Assembly: GCA_951406725.2 (NCBI GenBank)
Contig: OX597831.1
Coordinates: 60,016,001 to 60,080,000 of the forward strand
Direction: 5' to 3'
Source of the DNA: Octopus vulgaris
Lineage: Eukaryota
Length of the DNA: 64,000 nucleotides
Shown here in pieces: positions 1 through 12,769 of this stretch. The notes below the pieces were generated by a model, which did not search any database, had not been told where the DNA came from, and saw only the letters and a program-made list of their open reading frames with translations. Within the stretch, counting starts at the first letter, position 1; each line of letters begins with the position of its first letter. The translations under genes and the position numbers were made by a program.

Positions 1-278
1 CACTCAGAATAAGCAAGATACGCGCGTTTCTTTTTGTTATACTTCATAGAAATATCTCTAGACAATTAAAGCTAGAGGTTTGTGGTAAAAATGATGGAAT
101 GACTTTTAAGTGGATCATGTACGTTGAGGACATGAATCACGAGCCTCATATAAAATATATGAGGAGCAGCTAAACCACCTAAAGTGTAATAGCGGATTGA
201 CCACAGGGTTTCGACAGAGGTAATTTAAGAAAACACCGATTCTTTTACATACATAAATACATACATACATGCATACAT

Positions 279-342
<64 letters not shown>

Positions 343-589
343 CATATATAAAAGCAAGTTGTCTGTTTCTTTGTTTCTTTACGTCAAACATGCTAAAGTA
401 ACATCAAGATAATAAAAATCTATAATTGGATGACTAGGGCACATGGAAGGGATCCACTTATAATATAACTATGCGTAGCCAAATGAAACAACTCATTCAT
501 TTTCCTATATTATTTAGTATAAATTAAGTGTGGCATTTATGTGTAATAATGCCCTCTATATAATATAAAATATATATATATATATATGC

Positions 590-667
<78 letters not shown>

Positions 668-711
668 ATATATATATATATGCATATATATATATATGTA
701 TGTATATATAA

Positions 712-764
<53 letters not shown>

Positions 765-781
765 TATATTTATGTATGTAT

Positions 782-897
782 ATCACCGTGACCGACCAGG
801 CTATCATATGTTACTACACATCGTTTGTCACAATGCGGTTCGCATTGTTTTTTTAGCCTTCAGATGACGCCACCCCGCTGGCTAAGCCAGCGGGCCA
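782..897 (-). mobile_element. Short repeat fragment, probably a retroposon (RTE-like) 3' end, between (TA)n tracts
   Basis: GC-richer non-simple ~115-bp segment (atcaccgtgaccgaccaggct...cccgctggctaagccagcgggcca) bounded by (TA)n on both sides. Family assignment is from recollection only. Confidence 0.3.
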
Positions 898-921
898 TAT
901 GTATGTATATATATATATGTA

Positions 922-974
<53 letters not shown>

Positions 975-2037
975 TACACACACATATATGTATATTATTC
1001 ACAGACAAACAAGCAAACATATATGAAGAGAGAGAGTAAGGGTCTTACATATTGTGAGACAGTGACAGAGAGCGAGATGTGAGACAGGTTTAATCTACAA
1101 GTCAAAAACAGGTACATCCCTTGATTTTCCTGATGCCTGGTTACTTTAGACGAAGCACATTTAATATGAATTTGGTTTGTTCAATGTCAAATTCATGTAA
1201 CTGGCATGCGAATATGTTAGACAAACAATTCTGACTGTCGCACGAAAATGTCCACTCTTTTACAGTGCTTTATGTTGATGCCATGTCATTGATAATACAC
1301 CTGCAATAAACCTTTATTATTTATGTTAATCCTCTCACTAGTGCAGATGTTTTTGCGTGTACAAAATTTTACGTTCACTTCAATAAAAATAATATACTAC
1401 CCTGATATGAAGCGTGCTCTAAGTAAATATCAAAGTCCTTTATAGCTGAATATTATTTTGTATTGTGAACTGATTTATTCCCTTTAAATATGCGCATCAC
1501 ATATGAAAATTATGATGATATTCGGAATTTAAGAAGCTTGAAATTAATTTAGTCATCACTAACATGAAAATTATTTGAATTTGATTTTCCGCACATATTC
1601 ATATTGATATAAATTGTGAATTTCTTCCAATATGTCATCAATTGCCAACAGTCCAGGATCAATAGTGTTTATATATTTATTTTCAATAACCTGTTGCTGC
1701 ATGCAAATCGATGTTGCTAACATTTACGTCGTTTTTATAGCGTTATTGATTGATCAAATTGTTTCACCTGGCCTTTTAGAACAAACAATGATACTAAATT
1801 ATATGATGAATTATCAGTATGAAAAGCATGTCATGTATTCTGTAGAGAATTAATACAAGATCCTCGAACGATTTTATGAGGGGATCAATTTTTAAGAGTA
1901 TTTCAGCAAGCATATCAACATCCCTTTGAAGTAGTGTCCCTCAATGTGTATAAAATAAAGTCACTGCAACTACTGACGTAGAAAATAGGATTTATTTTCA
2001 TCATTATCATCATCACCATCATCATCACCATCATCAC

Positions 2038-2068
<31 letters not shown>

Positions 2069-2195
2069 TACAACCTCCTCCTACGCGTCGTCGTCGTCCT
2101 CCCCATCCTCTTCATCATCATAAACGTCGTCGTCATCAGCAAACATCATCACCATCATTGTCATCGTCCTCGTCGTCCTCATCGTCATCGTCGTA

Positions 2196-2274
<79 letters not shown>

Positions 2275-2435
2275 TTAGTAGTAGTATTAGTAGTAGTTGT
2301 AGTAGAAGTAGTAGTAATAATAGTAGTGGCAGTCGTGATACTTTTGCGATGGCAGATGCTATACCTGTATTAACTCTGCGTACATGATTTTCTATATTTC
2401 CTAACTACCCCTTCAACTTCTGATATGTGGCAACA

Positions 2436-2576
2436 TTTGAGTTCAAATTCCGCCGTGCTCGTATTTGCCTTTCATCCATTTAAGGTTGATAAATTAAGTA
2501 CCATTGAAACAATAGAATCGGTGTCATCAACCAGCCTCCACAAGATTTCAGGACTTGTGCCTTAAGCAGAAAGGAT
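2436..2576 (+). mobile_element. SINE family B, 5'-truncated and diverged copy
   Basis: Contains the family core gagttcaaattccgcc...ttgcctttcatcc...gataaattaagtacc seen in the copies at 52380 and 59132. Confidence 0.7.
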
Positions 2577-2596
2577 TATGGTAATTGTCGTTATTA

Positions 2597-3399
<803 letters not shown>

Positions 3400-4008
3400 C
3401 GATAGAAAATTTTGTCATTTACTATTAATCAGTTAACATCATATTCATAAAAGTTGCTTTTACTCCCATGGTACGTTTTCACGCTTCGCTTACTCTCCTT
3501 TTTTTCTATCATTTGTTTCATGTTAAACGTATTTATTTCTTATTCCCTCTCATGTTTTCTTTCTACGTAGTATTTTGATAATATTTGAAAATAATGTTTA
3601 TGCAATTCACTTATAATTATACACTTGCTCTAAGTTAATTTGTCATAGAAACTTATTTAGATTAATTTAATCCTAATTATTTGCGTTGCTTTCATTAGTA
3701 CATATACGTGTGAAAATAAAAATCGTAATTTTTGCAATTATATTTCAGATTTACATGAATTGAAGATACCATATTCGTCTTTGGAATTTCTATCATATCA
3801 AGTTGAAATATACCCAACCTGTAGAACTATTGAATTTTCATTATTTTTACAAGTTATTATATTGAAAGGACACAAATAACCACACACCACAAAACGATAT
3901 TTTTATCTTATCATTTGGATATAGATTAATGGGGTTATTGACCAGGATTAACACCACCTGCATGAGAATCAATACTACTAGTGTCATGTCACTGTTACGG
4001 CATGATGA

Positions 4009-4044
<36 letters not shown>

Positions 4045-4048
<4 letters not shown>

Positions 4049-4598
4049 TGCCTGCCCGCTCGTTATCGAGTATGGGCATTGCACGAAGTTTAATCAATGT
4101 TGTTATCGTGCAATGCCTGTGCAAGAAGATTATTTTTAAAGTGAAGAAAGGCTGTGCATTGAGTCAATCCCACTCACTAAGCAACAGCAGTCATAATCCG
4201 AAAAGAAGAACAAGTCAACATCATCGGTAACCACTGAGCCGCGGGTTTTATGTCGGAGTTATCCCAGTTACCTGAGTTACCTTCTCCTAGAAGGATGCCC
4301 TAACAAAGGCTAGGAGTCCTTCACTCCCAATGGCTTAACCGCGCGATCGGGTATTCAGTCCGATTATTTCTGTGTCCTCGCGCATGATACATCTTTAAGA
4401 CATTAATTGGATGGCCGTTGACTCTCAAGAGTTCCTCCGCCCTTTAACGGGTTTTGTTTTTCATCCCGCAGGGTGTCCAATAAACACCCTCCTCACCAAG
4501 GAAGTTTGGTGAGGTTGCCGGTTTAGTCACTGACGACCCGACCATGCAACAGGTTGTACTGTGTTACATGTTACCATTAGCACTCCAAAGTGAGCTGA
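4045..4598 (-). mobile_element. Retroposon fragment, RTE-like 5' region, between (TA)n tracts
   Basis: GC-richer block flanked by (TA)n. Minus-strand ctaggagaaggtaactc resembles a motif in RTE-clade 5' regions. No ORF. Confidence 0.35.
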
Positions 4599-4632
4599 CA
4601 TAATATATATTATAATATATGCAATACATATA

Positions 4633-5235
<603 letters not shown>

Positions 5236-5346
5236 ATGTAAGTATGAAGCGCACTAACGTCTACTTAGCCCTTCTAGGAAGACGCCAAATCATATATATT
5301 AATCCTAAGGATGTTAGAAAATATGCACTGAAATGTATTCCGGCGA

Positions 5347-6091
5347 GCGGGTTGTGTACTTAAGAAAGGTAATATTGACCCATACATACTTCTCAAAAAA
5401 TAAAGTAACTTAAAATGCGATGGTGTACACTCGCACACAATAAACGAGATAAAGCACGCACTTTTCCTAACTAACAGTCAAAATATATAGTTCTGCAATA
5501 GGAAACTTTGAACACATACTCTTTACTCTTTTACTTGTTTCAGTCATTTGACTGCGGCCATGCTGGAGCACCGCATTTAGTCGAGCAAATCGACCCCGGG
5601 ACTTATTCTTTGTAAGCCCAGTACTTATTCTATCAGTTTCTTTTGCCGAACCGCTAAGTGACGGGGACGTAAATACACCAGCATCGGTTGTCAAGCAATG
5701 CTAGGGGAACAAACACAGACACACAAACACACGCACATACATATATATATATACATATATACGACAGGCTTCTTTCATTTTCCGTCTACCAAATCCACTC
5801 ACAAGGCATTGGTGGGCCCGGGGCTATAGCAGAAGACACCTGCCCAAGATGCCACGCAGTGGGACTGAACCCGGAACCATGTGGTTGGTTAGCAAGCTAC
5901 TTACCACACAGCCACTCCTGCGGGTTGTGTACTTAAGAAAGGTAATATTGACCCATACGTACTTCTCAAAAAATAAAGTAACTTAAAAGTGCGATGGTGT
6001 ACACTCGCACACAATAAACGAGATAAATCACGTACTTTTCCTAACTAACAGTCAAAATATATAGTTCTGCAATAGGAAACTTTGAACACAT
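5347..6091. repeat. 171/172-bp direct repeats (5347-5517 and 5920-6091) flanking a SINE
   Basis: The two copies differ by 3 substitutions and 1 indel and abut the SINE ends exactly. Confidence 0.9.
5518..5922 (-). mobile_element. SINE family A, young full-length copy (tRNA-derived head, internal CA/TA microsatellite, AAAAGAGT-type tail)
   Basis: Minus-strand head caggagtggctgtgtggtaag (A box) ... ggttcagtccc (B box). Near-identical to 9174-9627. Confidence 0.9.
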
Positions 6092-6642
6092 GTATGTTTT
6101 GTTTGTAAATGTGTAGCAACAATGAGTAGTTGCTAATTATTAAATAGAAACGTTTAAAACAATAAATCTGAAAATAAACACAGATTTACTTAAATAGCGT
6201 TGACATCGCTTTTAATGATAAGGAGGCCAAGTTATCTAAACCAAATTATTATACGAATTTTATGCTTTAATGCAATGAAATATAGTTTTATAATTAGATT
6301 TTAATGAGTCACGATATTTTACCAGAATAATATTTACTCTATATTTTAGTAATATTTTAAATTAATTAAAGTATTGTTGAAAATAATCTCATTTATATTA
6401 AATAACCTAATCAACTAATTTTTAATTAATATATATTGCAAATATAGTGATTATATGATATGTATATATGACTATATATTTTTTTATGTTATAAAACTAA
6501 TTTGCACTTATATTCATTATATACACAGTTCGCAAGATCCAGGCATACAATTTTTATACTTTATGACTTTATGATAAAATATATTAATTATAGAAATATT
6601 AATATGCCTAACTCTCTAAAGGCGACTGCGGCAGCGGTACTG

Positions 6643-7067
6643 GATATTAATAATTATCACTAAGCTATCATGGCAGTCCAGAAAATAGGACGAATGCTGC
6701 CGTTGATTAGTGCCAATAAGCCATCGCCTCTAGCTAGGAATGTGATACACGAATCTATGCCCATTATAACCTTCGAACAGGATAGGTCGGAATTTTATGT
6801 AAATAATCCATCGAACAGACGGTCAGTAGAGACGCCTGCTGTGTTTGGCTACTCTACATTGATAATGGGCAAATACCCTGAAACTCACCTCTAGATGCTA
6901 GACCAGCAAGGGGGAGCGGCTGACCTCCCCTGTTCGATGGCTATAATGAACACATGTTCGTGTGTCACATAGCTAGGTACAGGCGATGGCCTGCTGGAGC
7001 TAATCAACGGCAGCATTCGTCCTATTTTCTGGACTGCCATTTTAGCTTCGCGATAACTATTGATAAC
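6643..7067. repeat. Long gap-free inverted repeat (147-bp arms, 131-nt spacer)
   Basis: 6670-6710 is the exact reverse complement of 7000-7040. The arms extend without gaps over 6643-6789 and 6921-7067 with 27 mismatches by hand count. Confidence 0.92.
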
Positions 7068-8882
7068 TATTGATATTGTTATAAAAATATTGTTCAATCA
7101 TAAAACATGTTCTATATGTTATTGAATAACTTCTGCTTTTTTGCCGAATGTTTTAACTTAATATTCAGGAGCACAGTTATTTAGAGTTCAGTCTATGAGT
7201 TACTTCTTCAAATATCATTCTCATTTCAATTGCTATTTTTCACCATTCTTATTTCAATGATTTTAAGGTCGGGTATATTTTTAACGCATTTCATACAAAC
7301 AAACCGTTTTCATGTTTAAAGTTATTTGTTATAAAATATTTTTCTAAGAACCTTGCTCTTTACACATTAACTTAGAATTGAATGCATACATGCTCTCGCG
7401 TTTTCCATAGCACTCATATAATTTCAACCTGATTAAGCTACGTTCGATTTGGGCAGTATTACGAATTAAACAGATTTGTTGCCCAATAAATATTATGCCT
7501 TAGATAAGTTCAACTGCATCGTGGATTTCACTTCTCGTCAAACAGGTAGCAGGGAAATTGATTATAAACAGAAAATGCGGAGTATTGTATCAATTTATAG
7601 ATACACGTATAGGCAATATAAATTAGAACTAACAATCAACTATTCATTTTATGTAACATGTATGCTTAATAACATCAGTAGAATAGAAGTGCGTTTAGAT
7701 ATTCTTCAATTTACAATTTTATTGACCAAAATCGTCATTTGCATAGTGTAGTCCCACTCACCATTTCTTAAACGTTGGTTATCCTGAATATAATTTAGAA
7801 TTATTGATATGTTGATTAATGAACATTTGACTGCTTTCTTCTGCATTTGGTAAGTAAAAGAAAGTACAATTCCAGATTGCAGAGGAGCATATTTGTAGTG
7901 TGTAGATAACGTTTGATTTCGTGCAGGTTAGGTGATGTATTGATTAGAATATTTGAGTATGCAATGAAAAAGGCATACAATAATGTAACTAGTAAATCCT
8001 TAAGACGAGGACGAGAGTAATTAGATGGTGATGGACCGTTCGATATTTATAAGCGATGATCATAGATCGAATACTCGAAGTCACACTCGAATACATTATA
8101 TATTTCATTATTCACCATTTACAGCAAATATAATACACATCTTTCCTGTTACGCGACCGAACTTATTAATTCAACTAATTCAAATAATATTCCTGCGGTC
8201 GAGAATCTGCAAAATTCAAACGCATTGCAGTACGTTTAAACATATTGCCGCATTTTATATGTATAAAGCATGAACAGATACGCAAACGAATTCCATTTTT
8301 TTTTTATACATTGCACTTCGCATACAATATAGACACTGGGTTTATTTACTCGAGATAAATCTGTCATAGTTAAGAGATTCCATCCTTATTTATTTACATA
8401 AGTCATCTTGATAAACTGGCAGAATATTAGTTTCATTCAACAGAGACACAGCTAAATATATTTCAGGAAATATACCTTCAGCTGCATCGCTTCAGTAAAG
8501 GCCTCTGCGAAATTTGAAAGGAGAGAGAAAGGGGAGGCAAAAGTAACGAATGTATATATATGGAAACATTCATAAACGTAGTGCTAGCAATCAAAACCTA
8601 TAAATACTCTACAGATATAGAATAGGATAAATAATATAGAGAAAGAGAAACAAAATGAACGTACATACCAGACTAATGAATCTCGTTTAGGAGAATATTA
8701 GTATCAACTTATAGCTATAAATTTATAAAATAATGATTGGGAAATATCAAAATTTATGGAAATTTATCGAGATCACCTATTTAGCTGTAATGAGTTAAAA
8801 TTGAGATACAATGAATAGTGGACAGGGAGAAATAGAGCAGATATTTCTGATGAAACATTAACGTTTCTAACATTTCCATTAA

Positions 8883-8956
8883 CCAATATTATCACAATAG
8901 TGTATATTAGCGAAAGAGGGGGTATAAATACTGAGAGGTAACATTTATTCTCACTC
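8883..8956 (+). promoter_or_regulatory. Candidate Pol II core promoter (CCAAT, TATA, Inr-like)
   Basis: CCAAT at 8883-8887, TATAAATA at 8923-8930, pyrimidine-rich CTCACTC about 27 nt after the TATA start, then ACCATG with the ATG at 8981. Confidence 0.3.
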
Positions 8957-8980
8957 AAACGTGGAGTTCTGTTAAATACC

Positions 8981-9115
8981 ATGAGAGAAACTCTCATATT
9001 GGCTTTTGGTGCACGATGCACCTTTCTTTATATTGCTAGCAGAGGTAAAACCCCGACATGTGAAATGACGTGTTCACCAGGCAACGTTTCCGACGTTCCA
9101 TGGTGTTATCATTGA
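8981..9115 (+). CDS. Candidate 44-aa small ORF (MRETLILAFGARCTFLYIASRGKTPTCEMTCSPGNVSDVPWCYH), or a signal-peptide first exon spliced at 9044
   Basis: Good start context, hydrophobic N-terminus and 4 Cys. Possible phase-1 donor AG|GTAAAA at 9044/9045. No homology was tested. Confidence 0.2.
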   Translation: MRETLILAFGARCTFLYIASRGKTPTCEMTCSPGNVSDVPWCYH

Positions 9116-9173
9116 TAACACTAGAGATAATACCGACTTACCCACCGCGCCATATCGTATCCTAAAATATTAT

Positions 9174-9382
9174 ACTCTTTACTCTTTTACTCTTTTACTT
9201 GTTTCAGTCATTTGACTGCGGCCATGCTGGAGCACCGCCTTTAGTCGAGCAAATCGACCCCGGGACTTATTCTTTGTAAGCCCAGGTACTTATTCTATCG
9301 GTCTCTTTTGCCGAACCGCTAAGTGACGGGGACGTAAACAAACCAGCATCGGTTGTCAAGCAATGCTAGGGGGACATACAAA

Positions 9383-9465
<83 letters not shown>

Positions 9466-9627
9466 GACAGGCTTCTTTCAGTTTCCGTCTACCAAATCCA
9501 CTCACAAGGCATTGGTCGGCCCGGGGCTATAGCAGAAGACACTTTCCCAAGATGCCACGCAGTGGGACTGAACCCGGAACCATGTGGTTGGTTAGCAAGC
9601 TACTTACCACACAGCCACTCCTGCGCC
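9174..9627 (-). mobile_element. SINE family A, young full-length copy with 6-bp TSD
   Basis: Near-identical to 5518-5922. TATTAT at 9168-9173 and 9628-9633. Confidence 0.92.
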
Positions 9628-10649
9628 TATTATGTGAACATTTTAGTGATAACCTGAAGCACTTGTTGACATTTTTATAACAAAATTTCATAGCGTATGC
9701 ATTATCAGATACAAGTATCTTTCAATAACCCATCTGTCAGCTGGAAGTATTCATAATAGAAACATTCATGTTTACGGGTGAGTAAGCTGGACACCAACAG
9801 CTGTACCAACGAAATGAGCGGAAACTGAATACCTATATTTAGAATCATTACACATTTAATCATATCCAATCAGTTTTTAAAACTACCGCAGGCAGTATAG
9901 ACCTGGACGCCAAAGCCAATTATATGATTAAAGAATTTAAGGTATTGAATTACAGTATTGCATTATATGAAATATATAGTTCGTGTACGCATAACTTATA
10001 ATCCTCCTGGCCAAGAGGAATCACATCGCTAATAACAATATAATGTAATTATTACTCGAAGTATTGCTAATGAACTATACTTATTTGATATCTAAGGCCG
10101 TAATATATATAAACACACACATTCATATATATGTATGTGTATGTATGTGTGCGTTGTTGTTTGAGTGTGTGTATGTATGTGTGTGTCAGTGTGTGAGCGT
10201 TGCTTTTTTTAAAAATGTTATTGTGCCAGTTGTAGAATACAGGGTGAGTAATCAGCAGACACGACATAAATTCCCCCGCGCATTTATCAGTAAAAATATG
10301 CGCAGATATTCTGAATGTGATGAATTCCATATAACTACAATATTTAGTGTATAACATGCAAAAATGAGTTACATGATATTTACAAACATAAAAATACTAA
10401 GGAATAATAAGTTATGAAGTACGGCACGGATAACTTATTGTCTATTGAAAATATATATTTGCCAAAAACAATCTGAAGAAAGACAGAGATGTTTAGACGT
10501 GTGGAGCATATCTTGCCTAACTGTCATGGTCGTGTTACACCATCCTTAGACAAATGGTGAATGAAAGAACAAAATGACAACAGCATTCTTAATAAAATAC
10601 TAAGATTTACTGTTATACGTATATGGGAAATGTGCTCGGTTTAATCATA

Positions 10650-11582
10650 TCAGGTCACCCCATAAGTTCTGCCCAAATGTTGAATAAAGAAAACAATTGA
10701 TCAAATGTTATATTTAGTTGAAATCAATGTACTTTCCCTGATTATCTATCACTTCCTTCCATCTATTTACAAGCATTTTAAATCCATCATAGTAAGACTC
10801 TTTTGGTTTCAAAGCGAAGAACTCTGAAATGTCAGTTTCGACCTCCTCCTGACTTGCGAAAGTTATGTCCCCCAAATGATTCTGTAAACTACGAAACAAA
10901 TGGTAGTCTGAAGGAGCAGGTTCGGCAGAATAAGGTGGATGAGGAATTTTTCCCAACAAAGCCCTTCGATCTTCTGTGATGTGATCTTTGCAGTGTGGGG
11001 TCGTGCATTATCCTGATGAAACATCACTCCTTTCCGATTCATTAAAGCGGGTCTTTTTTCCTTCAAAGCTTGATTCAAAAACGCTCTAATTGCTGACATA
11101 AGTCTTGAGCATTGATTGTTGCATTAGGTGTTAACAATTCAAAGTGAATTACTCCTTTGCAATGCCACAAAAATACAGAGAAGAAGTTTTTCCTTTCTCG
11201 GTTGTGCTTGAGCTTTTCCCCTTTTACCAAGCCACTGTTTACGACGTTTAACATTTCGATAGAAGATCCATTTTTCGTCACCAGTCACAAGTCTATCCAA
11301 AAAGGGTGAAATGAGTTCCCGAGAATTGAGAGAAGAGCAGATATCAACTCGGGATTTGCGGTTGATTTTGGATAATTCATGAGGCACCCATATTCCAAGT
11401 TTTGGAACCTTTCCAAGTTGTTGAAAATGACGACGAACAGTTGTATGGTTTGAACTATGCTTTATTACCAATTCTTCAACTGATAATGCAGGATTTGTTT
11501 CACGTAATGCCTCAAGGAGCTTATGATTAAAATTCAACTGGGCGTTCTAATCGATCTTCATCTTCAAGGCTGACATCTCCTC
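10650..11582 (-). mobile_element. Mariner (DD34D) transposon, 5'-truncated, transposase pseudogene
   Basis: Frameshifted ORFs carry WVPHEL, TGDEKW, HQDNARPH and PPYSAEPAPSDYHLFRSL. A TIR-like end follows TA at 10648-10649. Confidence 0.92.
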
Positions 11583-11905
11583 ATATATATCGATGAAACT
11601 TACAAGAGTCTTGCTTTATCATATAGTAGTAACGTTCATTTAAGAGGTATCACTATGAAACTCATAGAATTCAGGTATTTTATAAATGTTCGTATTAGTT
11701 TGATATATATGGGTATAATTACCTGTCGTATATGTAAAAGAAGCAAATGGTGTGTTTTAAAAGTGAACTATTAAAATTTATATACGTATACACACAAATA
11801 TATATATATATATATATATATTATATACATATAAATATACATACACACAATATATATATATGCACATACACAATAACGTATATGTGTGCCTTTGTGTGTG
11901 TATGA

Positions 11906-12052
11906 CAGGGGTGGACTGATCCGTCGGTCAATCGGGCGCTGCCATCTGAGGGACCCGCATTCTTCATGCTAACTCTACTAAAACACACATTCAAAGGGTC
12001 CCGGTTAACAGTTATGCCCGAGGGGTCCTATAATACTCTCAATCTGACCCTG
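11906..12052. mobile_element. Small MITE (hAT-like CAGGG termini)
   Basis: Imperfect TIRs caggggtggactga / tcaatctgaccctg with internal gggaccc/gggtccc motifs. No clear TSD. Confidence 0.45.
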
Positions 12053-12149
12053 ATATATTGTCATGTAAAACAATACAACAGATTTCATCAGCGACCGAAA
12101 GGCATCAAAGCAGCTTCACGATTATGTGAAGTAAAAGTTGCATACTCTT

Positions 12150-12539
12150 TTCTACTCTAGACCTAAGGCACATAATTTTGCAGGAGGGGGCCAGTCGATT
12201 AGATCCACTTCAGTACGCAACTGGTACTTAAATGATCGACTCCGAAACGATGAAAGACAAAGTCCAACTCGGCGGAATTTCAACTCAGAACGTAAAGAGG
12301 AAATACCTATTTCTTTACTACCCACAAGGGGCTAAACACAGAGAGGACAAACAAGGAGAGACAAACGGATGAAGTCGATCATATTGACCCCAGTGCGTAA
12401 CTGGTACTTATTCAATCAACCCCGAAAGGATGAAAGGCAAAGTCGACCTCGGCGGAATTTGAACTCAGAAGGTAAAGACAGAAGGAATACTGCTGTGCAT
12501 TTCGCCCGGCGTGTTAACGTTTCTACCAGCTCGCCGCCT
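12150..12539 (-). mobile_element. SINE family B, dimeric form (head-core-tail1-core-tail2)
   Basis: Head ggcggcgagctgg..; the core ttctgagttcaaattccgccgagg...taagtaccagtt is present twice. Confidence 0.85.
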
Positions 12540-12769
12540 TAGCTGCATATTCTGATGCAAACAAACATATATCCGGATGTACGTTCTTCCTTATAAAGAT
12601 CATGTTACTGAATATCTTGAATACATTTAGACATATCGTGTTAAATCGAAATGGGACCATATCGTAAACATTCTTTTGTTATTCATGACTTTTGTTGTTT
12701 TCTTTACCGTTACGTATTATTGTTACTAGCTCTAACAAGATGTATCTGTTACCTCGAACTGGATATTAT

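Noticed and set aside
3749-3879. Acceptor tttcag followed by a short open frame (LHELKIPYSSLEF...)
   Set aside because: No homology recognised and no convincing donor; compatible with chance.
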